A model generated the notes under the pieces. That model was not told the origin of the DNA, did no database searches, and saw only the letters and a list, made by a program, of their open reading frames with translations. Of a stretch of 64,000 nt of DNA, positions 1-10,470 are shown piece after piece (within the stretch, counting starts at the first letter, position 1; each line of letters starts with the position of its first letter). Made by a program: the position numbers and the translations under genes. Location: positions 256,001 through 320,000 of the forward strand of contig CBDAON010000004.1 in NCBI GenBank assembly GCA_965198065.1, written 5' to 3'. Source of the stretch: Longimicrobiales bacterium (lineage in GTDB: Bacteria > Gemmatimonadota > Gemmatimonadetes > Longimicrobiales > Gaopeijiaceae).

Positions 1-402
1 CGGATCGTTTCGGGTCTCCCCCGGGTGGAACCGGATGTTTTCAAGAAGCGCGACGCCCCCCGGGTCGAGCGACTCCACAGCCCTCCCGATCCCGGGATCG
101 TCGGGCGGATCCTCGAGGAAGGGCACGGAACACCCCAGCCTCTTCTCCAACAGCCCGGCGGCCGGGCGGAGCGAGGCCGCGGGATCCCGCTTCCCACCGG
201 GTCGGCCCAGGTGAGACACCAGAAGCGTACGGGCGCCCGCTCGACGCAGGCGCTCGAGGGACGGGATTGTGGCGTCGATCCTCGTCAGATCCGAGACCGC
301 GCCACTCCCGTCCAGCGGAACGTTGTAATCCACCCGGAGAAGAAGACGGCGCGCCCGGAGCTCGGGGTCGGTCAGGTCCGATAACGTACGGATCCGGGGC
401 AC
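1..402 (-). CDS. pgk: phosphoglycerate kinase, N-terminal part (runs off window)
   Basis: Manual translation from GTG at 402: MPRIRTLSDLTDPELRARRLLLRVDYNVPLD, containing the PGK RVDxNVP motif; directly downstream of gap. Confidence 0.9.
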   Translation of the reverse strand, partial: MPRIRTLSDLTDPELRARRLLLRVDYNVPLDGSGAVSDLTRIDATIPSLERLRRAGARTLLVSHLGRPGGKRDPAASLRPAAGLLEKRLGCSVPFLEDPPDDPGIGRAVESLDPGGVALLENIRFHPGETRNDP

Positions 403-409
403 CGGGAGG

Positions 410-1438
410 TCACCCTCGCGCCACCGAGGGCAACCGTTGACCGACATACCGAACGAGGTCGCGGACGCGACACGAGTACCCCCACTCGTTGTCGTACCAC
501 GCCAGTACTTTCACGAGCCGGTCCTCGACCGCCGCCGTCGAGAGGAGGTCCACGACGGCGGACGAGTCGGTTCCCGTGAAGTCCACGGATACGAGGGGCT
601 CGGTGGTGACCGAGAGGATCCCATCGAGGGCACCGGCCGCCGCCGCCGTGTACGCCGCGTTCACCTCCTCGACGGAGGCCGGTCGCTCCAGCTCGGCGGT
701 GAGGTCCACCAGCGAAACGTTAGGTATGGGCACCCGAATCGACATGCCCTCCAGCTTTCCCTCCAGCTCCGGGAGGACGAGCGCGGTCGCGCGCGCTGCT
801 CCGGTGGTCGTCGGGATCATGGCCAGGCCGGCCGCTCTCGCGCGACGGAGATCCTTGTGCGGAGCGTCGAGGACCGTCTGGTCGTTCGTGTACGCGTGAA
901 TGGTGGTCATGAGGCCGCGTGCGAGGCCGAACGCGTCCAGGAGAACCTTGGCGACCGGCGCGATGCAGTTCGTGGTGCACGAAGCGTTCGAGATTACGTG
1001 GTGCTCCGCGGGGTCATAGCTGTCCTCGTTGACCCCGAGGACGACCGTGATGTCCTCTCCCTTCGCGGGGGCCGAGATGATCACCTTTTGGGCCCCGGCC
1101 GCGAGGTGCTTCGATGCGTCCTCCCGCTTCGTGAACCTCCCGGTGGCTTCGACCACGACGTCCACGCCCAAGTCCCCCCACGGAAGAGCCGCGGGATCCC
1201 TCTCCGACAGGACCCGGATCTCTTCTCCGTCTACGCGGAGCCCGCCCTCCACGGCGTCCACGGCGCCAGGGAAGGTACGATGCACCGAGTCGTACTTGAG
1301 GAGGTGCGCGAGCGTCTTCGAGTCCGTCACGTCGTTGACGGCCACGAACTCGACATCCCGGAAGCCTCCCTGCTTCGCGGACCTGAGCACCAGCCTGCCG
1401 ATCCGCCCAAACCCGTTTATGGCAACTCGAGTCGCCAC
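410..1438 (-). CDS. gap: type I glyceraldehyde-3-phosphate dehydrogenase
   Basis: VAINGFGRIGR, ASCTTNC and WYDNEWGY motifs; GTG start at 1438 with AGGAG RBS. Confidence 0.97.
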   Translation of the reverse strand: MATRVAINGFGRIGRLVLRSAKQGGFRDVEFVAVNDVTDSKTLAHLLKYDSVHRTFPGAVDAVEGGLRVDGEEIRVLSERDPAALPWGDLGVDVVVEATGRFTKREDASKHLAAGAQKVIISAPAKGEDITVVLGVNEDSYDPAEHHVISNASCTTNCIAPVAKVLLDAFGLARGLMTTIHAYTNDQTVLDAPHKDLRRARAAGLAMIPTTTGAARATALVLPELEGKLEGMSIRVPIPNVSLVDLTAELERPASVEEVNAAYTAAAAGALDGILSVTTEPLVSVDFTGTDSSAVVDLLSTAAVEDRLVKVLAWYDNEWGYSCRVRDLVRYVGQRLPSVARG

Positions 1439-1479
1439 TGCCCGGTCTCCTCTGTCCTCGTGGATGTCGTTCGAGCCGG

Positions 1480-2254
1480 CTACGCCGGGAGCGCCCGTGC
1501 AAACGTGAGGACGACCACACTCCGCGCACCCCCGCTTCCGAGCGCCTCCGCGGCGGACCCCGCGGTCGCACCCGTCGTGAGCACGTCGTCCACCAGGAGC
1601 ACGTCCCTGTCCCGGATCGCCTGCGAAACCTCGCGTCGGGAAGAGAGAGAACGCCCCGAGGACGTTAGCCCGGCGCTCTCCCGGGTGCAAGGCAATTTGG
1701 CTCCCCCCTCCCTCGCGCCGCACGAGGGCATCGACGAGGGTCCCGTCGATGCCCCGGCGGACGGCCTCGGCCAGCACCCGCGCCTGGTTGTAGCCGCGGG
1801 CCCGAACGCGCGCCCGAGCGGTGGGGACCGGTACGATCGCTCGCCCCCTGAACAGGCGCGGCTCCGCGTGGACGAGCCGTACCATCCAGGTCGCGAGCTC
1901 ATCCGCCAGCTCCGGCCATCCCCCGTACTTGAGCGCGTGCACCAGCGCGTCCGCCGGACTCCGCATCAGAGACGCCGACCGGGCTGCAACCAAGACGTCG
2001 GGCCACTCCAGGCACTCAGAACAGGGCCGGCCCTCTGCGATCCCGGTTCCGATGGGTGCGTGGCACCGCGCACACCTCGGGTGAGACGGGGGGCGGAGCC
2101 GGGACCGGCACTCCGGACAAATGCGGGGCGCCGGGGCGGGCGGCCCGACCGACGGCAGGTAGCCCCCGCACCCCGCGCACGCGGACGGAAGAACGAAGTC
2201 GAAGAGTCGTCTTCCCCAGGCGAGCCCGAGCCTCCCGTCAGTCCTCCCGGACAT
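1480..2254 (-). pseudogene. comF: ComF family protein (double zinc ribbon + PRTase), frameshifted near 1641-1650
   Basis: CxxC pairs, LKY and RGYNQ in one frame; LLVDDVLTTGAT in another; break at an (AG)n tract. May be an assembly indel. Confidence 0.8.
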
Positions 2255-3092
2255 CGGAGAGCTCACGCCGCGCCTCGGCCAGGGCCTCGCGCATCGCCGA
2301 CACGGGTGCCGGGCACCCCCACCAGATCTCGAACGCCTCCGCTCCCTGGAGGACCAGCATCTCTCCACCGTCCGCCGCGGGAACGCCGAGCTCCCGGGCC
2401 CGCCTCACCAGCGCGGTTTCCTCGGGACGGTAGACCAGGTCCAGCACGGCTCCCGCTCGCTCGAATCGTTCGGCGTCCAGGGGGAGGGGATCGCCGTCCC
2501 CTAGCCCGAGCGAGGTCGCGTTCACCACGAGATCGAACGAGCGGTCACCGAAGTCGTCGGGAGAGCGGGCAGCCCGGGCCCTTCCCGCCTGGGCCCCAGC
2601 GGCCAGGTGCTCCGCACGGCCGTAGGTCCGGTTCCACACCACGACTTCACCGACGTCGTCCTGAGCGAGCGCCACGAGCGCACCGTGCGCCGCGCCGCCC
2701 GCGCCCAGGAGGAGCACACGTAGCCCCGCGGCGCTTCGCCCCGTCAGGGACCGGACCGCGCCTCGAAATCCGGCCACATCCGTATTCTCTCCCCGAACCC
2801 GTCCCTCGTCGAGCCAGAACGTGTTGCAGGCGCCCGTGGCGCGGACCGTCTCGCTCGGCTCGTCGACGAGCTTCGCCACCTCCTCCTTGTGCGGGACGGT
2901 CACGTTCCCTCCGCCGCCGGCCCGCGCGATCCCGACGAGAAGACCGGTCAGCTCAGCAGTGGAGCATCGAAGGGCCACGTAAACCCCGTCCACGCCCGCC
3001 TCCCGAATGGCTGCGTTTTGGATCCGCGGGGACAGGGAGTGTGAGACCGGATCCCCCAAGAGCGCGACGACCCGGCTCTCGGCCCCGATCAT
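2238..3092 (-). CDS. aroE: shikimate dehydrogenase
   Basis: GDPVSHSLSP, NVTVPHK, NTD, GAGGAA and VNATSLG motifs. Confidence 0.95.
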   Translation of the reverse strand: MIGAESRVVALLGDPVSHSLSPRIQNAAIREAGVDGVYVALRCSTAELTGLLVGIARAGGGGNVTVPHKEEVAKLVDEPSETVRATGACNTFWLDEGRVRGENTDVAGFRGAVRSLTGRSAAGLRVLLLGAGGAAHGALVALAQDDVGEVVVWNRTYGRAEHLAAGAQAGRARAARSPDDFGDRSFDLVVNATSLGLGDGDPLPLDAERFERAGAVLDLVYRPEETALVRRARELGVPAADGGEMLVLQGAEAFEIWWGCPAPVSAMREALAEARRELSDVRED

Positions 3093-3589
3093 GGCGCCAC
3101 CAGCGGCGCCAGTCGCACCAGGACGCGGTCCACGAGGTCGGTGAGCTGCCGGTACGTACCCTCGTACTCCTCGTCGCCCCCTCCCAATGGGTCGGGCACC
3201 CCACCCCACACAGACTCGTCTCGCCCTTCCGACCCCCGTACGAAGTCCGTGATTACGGAGGCCTTGCTCGCGCCCTCGGCCACCTGGACGGAGGAGAGCT
3301 GGCCCGGGGACATCGTGAGGATCAGGTCGGCCCACTCGACGAGCGGGAGGCTCAACCGCGCGCTCCGGTGACCCGAGAGATCGAGCCCGTGCCGCTCCGC
3401 GACACGGAGAGACCCCGGACTCGCGGGAGCGTCGTCCGCGGCCGCGACTCCCGCTGAGCTGACCTCTACGTGGTCCCACCCGATCCGTTCGACGGCCCGT
3501 CGGGTGAGCACCTCCGCCAGGGGGCTCCGGCACGTGTTGCCCGTGCAAACGAACAGGATCTTGAAGGGTTCGCCGCTCTTGCTGGTCAT
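3089..3589 (-). CDS. low-molecular-weight protein tyrosine/arginine phosphatase
   Basis: FVCTGNTCRSP P-loop and VPDP motif. Confidence 0.92.
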   Translation of the reverse strand: MTSKSGEPFKILFVCTGNTCRSPLAEVLTRRAVERIGWDHVEVSSAGVAAADDAPASPGSLRVAERHGLDLSGHRSARLSLPLVEWADLILTMSPGQLSSVQVAEGASKASVITDFVRGSEGRDESVWGGVPDPLGGGDEEYEGTYRQLTDLVDRVLVRLAPLVAP

Positions 3590-4269
3590 TCCGCCTCGAT
3601 CCTGGGCACGAGCGCGCGGATACGCTCGAGCGGGACCGCTCCCTCGCGAAGCACGCGGCACCCGTTCCCGGCGCAGTCGATCAAGGTGGACGGACGGGAC
3701 GGCTCGAGCCGTCCCGCATCCACGATCCAGAGCCGGTCCGCATGGGGCCGGGCGGAGAGCCGCTCTGCGAGCCCGATAGCCGTAACCGCGGGAGACTCGC
3801 CCGGAGGGTTCGCGCTCGTCGAGAGGAGGGGGCGCTTCCAGCGTCCGAGCAGGGCACGGACGAAGGGGTGGGAGCACACCCGAACGGCCACCCCGCCGGC
3901 CGGTCCCCGAACTCCCTCCGGAAACCTTCCCGCCGGGTCTGAAACTACCAGGGTGAGCGGGCCCGGCCAAAGGGCCCTGGCGAGCGGGAGCGCGTCGGCC
4001 GACAGCTCGAGCCCCCATGACCGGAGCTCCTCGTCCCAAGCCCCCTGGTCGCCCGTAAGCTCGGGCAGGAGTACGAGGAAGGGCTTTCCGGGAGGCCTCA
4101 CCTTGAACTCCGAGAGCCTCCCCACCCCCTCCTCGTCCACGGCGGCCCCGAGCCCATAGACAGTATCAGTCGGACAGGCCAGGAGGCCCCCGTCCTCCAG
4201 GTGGTCGACGATCCGCGGCAGGAGGCGGTCGGCACCCGCCGTCGCGTCGAGAGTCGTCGGACCCGTCAT
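3586..4269 (-). CDS. tsaC: L-threonylcarbamoyladenylate synthase (YrdC/TsaC)
   Basis: PTDTVYGL, WPGPLT and STSAN motifs. Confidence 0.92.
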   Translation of the reverse strand: MTGPTTLDATAGADRLLPRIVDHLEDGGLLACPTDTVYGLGAAVDEEGVGRLSEFKVRPPGKPFLVLLPELTGDQGAWDEELRSWGLELSADALPLARALWPGPLTLVVSDPAGRFPEGVRGPAGGVAVRVCSHPFVRALLGRWKRPLLSTSANPPGESPAVTAIGLAERLSARPHADRLWIVDAGRLEPSRPSTLIDCAGNGCRVLREGAVPLERIRALVPRIEAE

Positions 4270-5003
4270 GGGCCCGCGGACGTTCCCCGATGCTCTTCGA
4301 GAAGGAATTCCGCGATTCCCACGTCGTCCGGGTAAGTGATCTTCAGGTTCCTGGGCGACCCCTCTACCATCCGCACGCGGCCGCCGAACCGAACGAAAAT
4401 CTGCGCGTCGTCGGTGGCGGGGAGGCCTTCGGCCGCGGCACGCCGATAGGCCGTCAGGAAAGGGCCCCGGGGGAACGCTTGCGGCGTCTGCGCGCTCCAG
4501 AGACGCGCGCGGTCCGGGGTCGCGAGCACGCTCCCCCTCGAGTCGGTTTCCTTCAGCGTATCCACGACGGGCCAGCCGGCGACGGCGCCTTCCCCGTCCG
4601 ACACACCCGCGACGCACCGATCGATGACCTCGCGCGTCACCAGGGGACGGGCGGCGTCGTGCACCACGACGACGTCCACCTCGGGATCGAGCGCCTCGAG
4701 GGCCGCCAGGACCGAGCGAATCCGGGTCTTCGCACCGGGCACGACCTGGACCCGCGAGCCGAGCGCGACGAGCCAGCCGGGGGGCGGAAACGCGATCCTG
4801 GGCGCGAGGGCGACCACGATCGAGAACACCCGCGGGTGCTCCATGAACGGACGGAGCGCATGGAGGAGAACGGGCTCCCCCCGAAGCTCCACCAGCGCCT
4901 TGTCCCTTCCCCCGAGACGCTTACCGCCTCCCGCGGCCGGGATCGCCACGCCGACGCGCGGGCCGGGGGACGCCTGCCCACCTTCCCTAGAACGCTCACT
5001 CAA
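4266..5003 (-). CDS. ispD: 2-C-methyl-D-erythritol 4-phosphate cytidylyltransferase
   Basis: PAAGGGKR, VHDAARP, AQTPQAF, TDD and NLKITYPDD motifs. Confidence 0.95.
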   Translation of the reverse strand: MSERSREGGQASPGPRVGVAIPAAGGGKRLGGRDKALVELRGEPVLLHALRPFMEHPRVFSIVVALAPRIAFPPPGWLVALGSRVQVVPGAKTRIRSVLAALEALDPEVDVVVVHDAARPLVTREVIDRCVAGVSDGEGAVAGWPVVDTLKETDSRGSVLATPDRARLWSAQTPQAFPRGPFLTAYRRAAAEGLPATDDAQIFVRFGGRVRMVEGSPRNLKITYPDDVGIAEFLLEEHRGTSAGP

Positions 5004-6439
5004 AAGGGCATGTCCTCGGTCCCGCTCTCCCGGCCCGCTTGGGGAGCCTCCCGGGGCTCGGGCGCCACCTCGTCGAAGCGCGTGTACGTCTTGTGGAAGT
5101 AGAGGTCGATCAGGCCCGTGGGCCCGTTCCTCTGCTTGCTCACGTGCAGCTCGGTCCTCCCCTCGAGAGAGTTTCCCTCCTCATCCAGGCCCGTTGAACT
5201 GTAGTACTCGGGCCGGTACAGGAACATGACGAGATCGGCATCCTGTTCGATCGATCCCGAGTCGCGGAGATCCGAGAGCTGGGGGCGATGGTCCGTCCTC
5301 TGCTCGGGGCCACGCGATAGCTGGGAGAGCGCGATCACCGGGATCTCGAGCTCGCGGGCGAGGGATTTGAGCCCGCGCGAGATCTGGCTCACCTCCTGCT
5401 GACGGCTTTCCGCCCGGTCGGTGGACGGCATGAGCTGCAGGTAGTCGATCACGAGGAGCCGAAGACCCGCTTCCGCCTTGAGCCGCCTCGCCTTCGCGCG
5501 CATCTCGAGCACCGTCGCTCCGGGAGAGTCGTCGATCCAGATGGGAGCCGTGTTGAGCTTCGCGCCCGCCGTGCCAACCCTCTGATAGTCCGAGGAAGAG
5601 AGTGTTCCGGTGCGAAGCCTGTGCGCATCCACGCGCGCCTCGGAGCAGAGCAGCCGTTGCACCAGCTGCTCCTTCGACATCTCGAGCGAGAAGAGCGCCA
5701 CCGGAACCTTGTGGTCGATCGCGGCGTTTTGCGCCACATTCAGCACCCACGACGTCTTCCCCATGGCGGGGCGCCCCGCCACGATGATCAGGTCCCCCTT
5801 CTGGAAGCCCGTCGTCATGCGATCGAGCGTTCGGAAGCCGGACGCCACCCCGATGAGGCCGCCCTTCGACTGCTGGAGCCGCTCGATCGTCTCGAAAGCC
5901 TCCCAGAGCAGATCCTTGATCCAGACGAAGCCGCCCCGATCGTGGCTTTCGGCGACTTGAAAGATCCGCCGTTCCGCTTCGTCCACGAGCTCCTCGATCG
6001 AGCGGCCGCCGGGCTCGTACACGTCCTGGATGATGTGGGTCGAGGCCTCGATCAGGCGGCGGAGCAGGGCCTTCTCGCGTACGATGCGGGCGTGATACTG
6101 AATGTTGGCGGCCGTGGGGACGGCGTCGAGGAGCTCGGCTAGGTACTCCATCCCGCCCGCCCGTTCGAGCTCTCCCGTGTCTCGAAGGTGGTCGCCAACC
6201 GTAACCACATCCACCGCCGTGCGGCGCTCGTGAAGCTGGCGAATCGCGCGGAAGAGGATCCGGTGCGCCTCCCGGAAGAACATCGAGTCGGAAAGCGTGT
6301 CCTCCACTCGCACGACGGACTGCGAGTCGATGAGAAGGCCGCCAAGCACCGAGACCTCGGCCTCGAGCGAGTAGGGCGCCTCCCGATCTGTGCGGAGCTC
6401 GGTCCGCACCGGGTCGGCCTCGCGAACGCGGCGGCTCAC
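5000..6439 (-). CDS. dnaB: replicative DNA helicase
   Basis: AGRPAMGKT, FSLEM, IDYLQL, LSQLSR and SGSIEQDAD motifs. Confidence 0.97.
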   Translation of the reverse strand: MSRRVREADPVRTELRTDREAPYSLEAEVSVLGGLLIDSQSVVRVEDTLSDSMFFREAHRILFRAIRQLHERRTAVDVVTVGDHLRDTGELERAGGMEYLAELLDAVPTAANIQYHARIVREKALLRRLIEASTHIIQDVYEPGGRSIEELVDEAERRIFQVAESHDRGGFVWIKDLLWEAFETIERLQQSKGGLIGVASGFRTLDRMTTGFQKGDLIIVAGRPAMGKTSWVLNVAQNAAIDHKVPVALFSLEMSKEQLVQRLLCSEARVDAHRLRTGTLSSSDYQRVGTAGAKLNTAPIWIDDSPGATVLEMRAKARRLKAEAGLRLLVIDYLQLMPSTDRAESRQQEVSQISRGLKSLARELEIPVIALSQLSRGPEQRTDHRPQLSDLRDSGSIEQDADLVMFLYRPEYYSSTGLDEEGNSLEGRTELHVSKQRNGPTGLIDLYFHKTYTRFDEVAPEPREAPQAGRESGTEDMPF

Positions 6440-7236
6440 CGCCGACCTCCCGTGTCAAGCACCCGACGGAGGACCTGCAGGTCCTCCCACATCGAGCGGG
6501 TCCAGCCGGGGTTTCTGAGCAACGCAGCCGGGTGGTACGTCACCACGAGTGGCGTGCCCTCATAGCTGTGGACCGTACGCCGGAGCTCGCCGATCGGTCG
6601 ATCCGAGCCGGACAGGAACTGCGCCGCGAAGGTGCCCACCGCCAGGATGACTTCGGGCCGCACGAGCTCGATCTGGCGACGGAGGTAGGGCGAACACGCC
6701 GCGATTTCGTCCGCCCGCGGGTTGCGATTCCCCGGCGGGCGACACTTGATCACGTTGCAGATGTAGACCGACGTGCGCCGGGACAGGTCGACCGAGGCGA
6801 GGAGGAGGTCGAGGAGCTGCCCCGCGGCGCCCACGAACGGGAGCCCCGTCCGGTCCTCGTTCGCGCCCGGGGCCTCCCCGACCACCATGACGCTCCCCTC
6901 GGGGGTTCCGTCGGAGAACACGACCTGCGTTCGACCTTCGGCCAGCCGGCAGCGCGAACACGCCAACGCCGTCGCGCGAAGCGCGTCGTACTCCGCCCCG
7001 GCGTCCTCCACCGGAGGGCGAGACTCGCGCGGCCCGACTGGTCGCTCGCTCGGGCCCTCCTCCGCCGAGGCCGTCTTCGCCGGATCCACCGTACCGCTCG
7101 GCCGGGCCGCCGCGGCGCCGAGGGCCCCCTTCCTAGACCAGTTCTCGAACACCAGCTCGGGAGCCCCGAGCTCCGCACGCTGGACGAGAAATCGGGCCAC
7201 TGCCCCCGGATCCGGCCTTCCCGTTCCCTCGCTCAA
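6436..7236 (-). CDS. uracil-DNA glycosylase family 4
   Basis: CSRC, GEAPG, GLPFVG, KCRPPGNR and YHPAALL motifs. Confidence 0.92.
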   Translation of the reverse strand: MSEGTGRPDPGAVARFLVQRAELGAPELVFENWSRKGALGAAAARPSGTVDPAKTASAEEGPSERPVGPRESRPPVEDAGAEYDALRATALACSRCRLAEGRTQVVFSDGTPEGSVMVVGEAPGANEDRTGLPFVGAAGQLLDLLLASVDLSRRTSVYICNVIKCRPPGNRNPRADEIAACSPYLRRQIELVRPEVILAVGTFAAQFLSGSDRPIGELRRTVHSYEGTPLVVTYHPAALLRNPGWTRSMWEDLQVLRRVLDTGGRR

Positions 7237-8474
7237 CGGGCGTGCAGCCGCTCGGCCACGCGGTCCAGGAGGATGCCCGCGAGGTCTCCCTTGGAGAGGA
7301 GCGGCAGCTCTTCCGTACCACCCTCGCGATCCAGGAGCGTCACGCGGTTTGTCGCCACGTCGAACCCCGCCCCCGGTTCTCCCGGGTCGTTCGCCACGAT
7401 GAGGTCGAACCCCTTCTCCTCCAGCTTCCGTTTCGCTCGCGCGCGGAGCTCCTCCGTCTCGAGCGCGAAGCCGACGGTCACGACCCCGTTCAGACGAGCT
7501 GCGCGCGTCTCGAGGCTGATGTCGGGATTGCTCACGAGCTCGATCGTGAGGCGGCCCTCCGGGCTTCGCTTCAACTTGTGCGCGCTGGGCTCGAGCGGCC
7601 GGAAGTCGGAGATGGCGGCGCCGTATATCACCACATATGCGTTGTGGATAGCCCCAGTTACTTCAGAGAGCATCTCACTCGCGGTCTCTACTCGCACGGT
7701 GCGTACCCCGGTCGGATCGGGGAGCGCGGAAGGGCCGGTGACCAGGGTCACTTCGGCCCCTCGGAGCCAGGCCTCCCGGGCGAGGGCGAAGCCCATGCGG
7801 CCCGACGAGCGGTTCCCCAGATAGCGTACCGGATCCAGCGCCTCCCGCGTGGGCCCCGCGGTAACGAGCACGGATCTGCCGAGGAAGGCCGGTCCCTCCG
7901 CGAGGGCCCGGCCCGCGTGGTCGAGGAGCGCGCCGGGCTCGAGCATGCGGCCCGGACCCTCACCTTCGCCCGCCGCCAGGGGGCCGACCGCGGGACCCAC
8001 GAGCCGGTAGCCGAGAGCGTCCCGGCAGCGCGCCAGATTGGCCTGCGTCTGCGGATGGGCATACATGCGGTCGTTCATCGCCGGGGCCAGAACGACGGGG
8101 GCCCTCGTGGCAAGGAGGATCGCGGCCAAGAGGTCGTCGGCCCGACCCTGAGCGGCCCTGGCGATGAAATCCGCGGTCGCGGGCGCAACCATGACCAGAT
8201 CGGCCTCGTCGGCCAGATCGATGTGGGGAGCCAGGCCGTCGGCCGTGAGCAGACGGGTATAGACCCGCTCTCCCGTCACGCCGGCGAAGCTGAGGGGGCC
8301 GACGAACCGCCGCGCCGATCGCGAGAGCACGGCGCTCACGCGGGCACCCGAGCGCGTCAGATCACGCGCCAGCTGAACCGCCTTGTATGCGGCGATTCCG
8401 CCGGTCACTCCGAGCACGATCCGCCGGCCCGCCCAGGGAGCGCGGGGAACAAGAGGGCCCGCCGTCAGGGGCAT
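7233..8474 (-). CDS. coaBC: bifunctional phosphopantothenoylcysteine decarboxylase/ligase
   Basis: GVTGGIAAYK, PAMN, TAGPTRE..DPVRYLGNRSSG and GFALET motifs. Confidence 0.95.
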   Translation of the reverse strand: MPLTAGPLVPRAPWAGRRIVLGVTGGIAAYKAVQLARDLTRSGARVSAVLSRSARRFVGPLSFAGVTGERVYTRLLTADGLAPHIDLADEADLVMVAPATADFIARAAQGRADDLLAAILLATRAPVVLAPAMNDRMYAHPQTQANLARCRDALGYRLVGPAVGPLAAGEGEGPGRMLEPGALLDHAGRALAEGPAFLGRSVLVTAGPTREALDPVRYLGNRSSGRMGFALAREAWLRGAEVTLVTGPSALPDPTGVRTVRVETASEMLSEVTGAIHNAYVVIYGAAISDFRPLEPSAHKLKRSPEGRLTIELVSNPDISLETRAARLNGVVTVGFALETEELRARAKRKLEEKGFDLIVANDPGEPGAGFDVATNRVTLLDREGGTEELPLLSKGDLAGILLDRVAERLHAR

Positions 8475-8544
8475 GGGGGAGCTCCGCACTAGCGTCCCGT
8501 ACGAGAGATTTGGTGAACACCGAGGGCGGCGCTGGCGCGCGCCG

Positions 8545-8763
8545 CTACGTCTGTTCGACCCGGCGGCGCTCGACGAGGCGGAACTCGATCTGGCCCGAGG
8601 TGAGCGCTCCGAGGGCACGCGTCGTGAGCTTCTCCTCCTGGCCGAGCGGCTTCAGGTCCCTCGGCAGTGAATTCAGCTCTCGTGCGTATTTCGCAGCCAC
8701 GAGAACCCCCAGGTACTTGGTCCCGGTCTGCTGCGCCATTTGATCCGGCGTGAAAACGTACAT
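8545..8763 (-). CDS. rpoZ: RNA polymerase omega subunit
   Basis: KY.GVLVAAK.AREL pattern; canonical gmk-rpoZ-coaBC synteny. Confidence 0.85.
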   Translation of the reverse strand: MYVFTPDQMAQQTGTKYLGVLVAAKYARELNSLPRDLKPLGQEEKLTTRALGALTSGQIEFRLVERRRVEQT

Positions 8764-8806
8764 TCTCGCTCCCGATGTCCGGTTCCTCTGATTTGGCGCG
8801 AGTGCT

Positions 8807-9466
8807 TCAGTCGGTCTCCAACTCTAGCACTCGGTCGATCTCGCTACGAATTCGCGCTATCTCGCCCTCGAGATCGAGGGCTCGCTTTCTTCGATGCCCC
8901 TCCGTCTCCACCACGGCTCTCACACGGGCCACCGCGCTCTCCAGGTCCTCGTTCACGACGACGTAGTCGAAGTGCCGCGCGTCGTCCAACTCCCGACGGG
9001 CCGTGAGGAGGCGCCGGCGGACCTGTTCCGTGGGCTCCGTGCCCCTCGCGGAGAGCCGGTCCCGGAGGGCCTCCGCGGAGGGCGGTAGGATAAAGATAAG
9101 CACGGCCTCGGGAACTCGCTCACGGATCTGTCGGGCGCCCTGCACGTCGATGTCCATGATCGGATGCTTCCCGAGATCGCGTGCCAGCTCCAGGCTCTTC
9201 GCTGGCGTGCCGTACAGGCTGCCATGTACCTCGGCCCACTCCACGAGATCGCCCGACTGGATCATCTGCCGGAACTCTTCCTCGGACACGAAGCGGTACG
9301 ACTCGCCGTCTCGTTCCCCCGCTCGGGGTGCACGAGTTGTCGCGGAGACCGAGAACAGGAAGTCCTTCGAGCCCTTCACCAGGGCCCGGGCAATCGTGGT
9401 CTTCCCGGCACCGCTCGGCGCCGCGAGCACTACCGGGACCGGCCGGTACGGGAGTACGGTGCTCAC
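8807..9466 (-). CDS. gmk: guanylate kinase
   Basis: APSGAGKTT, SATTR..R.GE, YGT and DIDVQG motifs. Confidence 0.96.
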   Translation of the reverse strand: MSTVLPYRPVPVVLAAPSGAGKTTIARALVKGSKDFLFSVSATTRAPRAGERDGESYRFVSEEEFRQMIQSGDLVEWAEVHGSLYGTPAKSLELARDLGKHPIMDIDVQGARQIRERVPEAVLIFILPPSAEALRDRLSARGTEPTEQVRRRLLTARRELDDARHFDYVVVNEDLESAVARVRAVVETEGHRRKRALDLEGEIARIRSEIDRVLELETD

Positions 9467-10404
9467 TCCACGTTCTCCAGCTGCTCCCGGAGCCTCTCGA
9501 TCTCCTCCTTGAGCGTGACGACCGACGCCGCGATCTCGGCATCGTTCGCCTTGGATCCCATCGTGTTCGCCTCCCGGAGAAGCTCCTGAGCGATGAACCC
9601 CAAGCGCTTCCCGACGCCGCTCGAATCCCCACGGACGAGGGCTTCCCGAAACATCGTCAGGTGGGACCGGAACCGCACGACCTCCTCGTGGATGTCCCAC
9701 CGCTCGGCCAGATGCGCGATCTCGCGCGCGATCCTCTCCTCCTCGACCGGTGTCTCCCCTTCGAGGAGCGCCCGCACCGCCTCCCTCAGTCGGTCACGCT
9801 CCTCGACGAGACGCTCGGGGGCCCGGCGCTCGATCGACGCCGTCACCTGCTCCATGACGTCCGCCCGAGCCGCGAGGTCGAGAGCCAGCCGCGCGCCTTC
9901 CTCTTCCCGGGTCTCGAGCGCTCGCCGAGCCGCCTCCGCTACCGAAGCCACGAGCTCCTCCTCGGAGACCACCGCCTGGGATCGGCCCGGCTCGGACGAC
10001 TGAAACACGTCCCGGAACCGGGCGAGCGTGGCGATTTCGATCGTGCCCCCCACGCCGAGCTCCTCCTGCAGGGCCCTCAGCGCCTCCACGTAACCGCGGG
10101 CCCGAGCGAGATCGATGGGCACCCCACCCGTCCCGCCTTCGAGACTCCCCTCCACGACGACGCTCACCTTCACGTGCCCACGGACGAAGAAGTCGCGGAG
10201 TCGCCGCTCCAGAGCCGCCTCGTGCCGCTCGAGACCCGGGGGCGTGCGAACCTGGATGTTCAGGAACCGGTGGTTCACCGTGCGGACCTCGACCCGGAGG
10301 CGAGCGGAAGGGAGCACCCGCTCGTCCTCCCCGAAGCCCGTCATGCTGCGGAGGCGCGCCCCCTCACCCGAGGGAGTCGGTGCCGCGGACGAGGTCTCGT
10401 TCAT
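9463..10404 (-). CDS. yicC: YicC/YloC family endoribonuclease
   Basis: SMTGFG, RTVNHRFL, DIHEE, GKRLGF..QE..REANT.GSK and EQLENVE motifs. Confidence 0.93.
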   Translation of the reverse strand: MNETSSAAPTPSGEGARLRSMTGFGEDERVLPSARLRVEVRTVNHRFLNIQVRTPPGLERHEAALERRLRDFFVRGHVKVSVVVEGSLEGGTGGVPIDLARARGYVEALRALQEELGVGGTIEIATLARFRDVFQSSEPGRSQAVVSEEELVASVAEAARRALETREEEGARLALDLAARADVMEQVTASIERRAPERLVEERDRLREAVRALLEGETPVEEERIAREIAHLAERWDIHEEVVRFRSHLTMFREALVRGDSSGVGKRLGFIAQELLREANTMGSKANDAEIAASVVTLKEEIERLREQLENVE

Positions 10405-10470
10405 CCCGGGAGCAATCTAGCGGCCTCTAACCGATGAGGGTTGGTATCCGCCCGTCCGGAGGGTCGAGCG

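Noticed and set aside
410..2368. Apparent 652-aa ComF-GAPDH fusion ORF
   Set aside because: Produced by the comF frameshift; gap has its own RBS and GTG at 1438, and the ComF C-terminus lies in another frame
437..3457. 1006-aa plus-strand ORF and similar long antisense or alternate-frame ORFs (e.g. 28639-30849, 52697-54475, 56710-58563)
   Set aside because: Shadow ORFs of high-GC coding DNA; Arg/Pro-rich with no domain motifs
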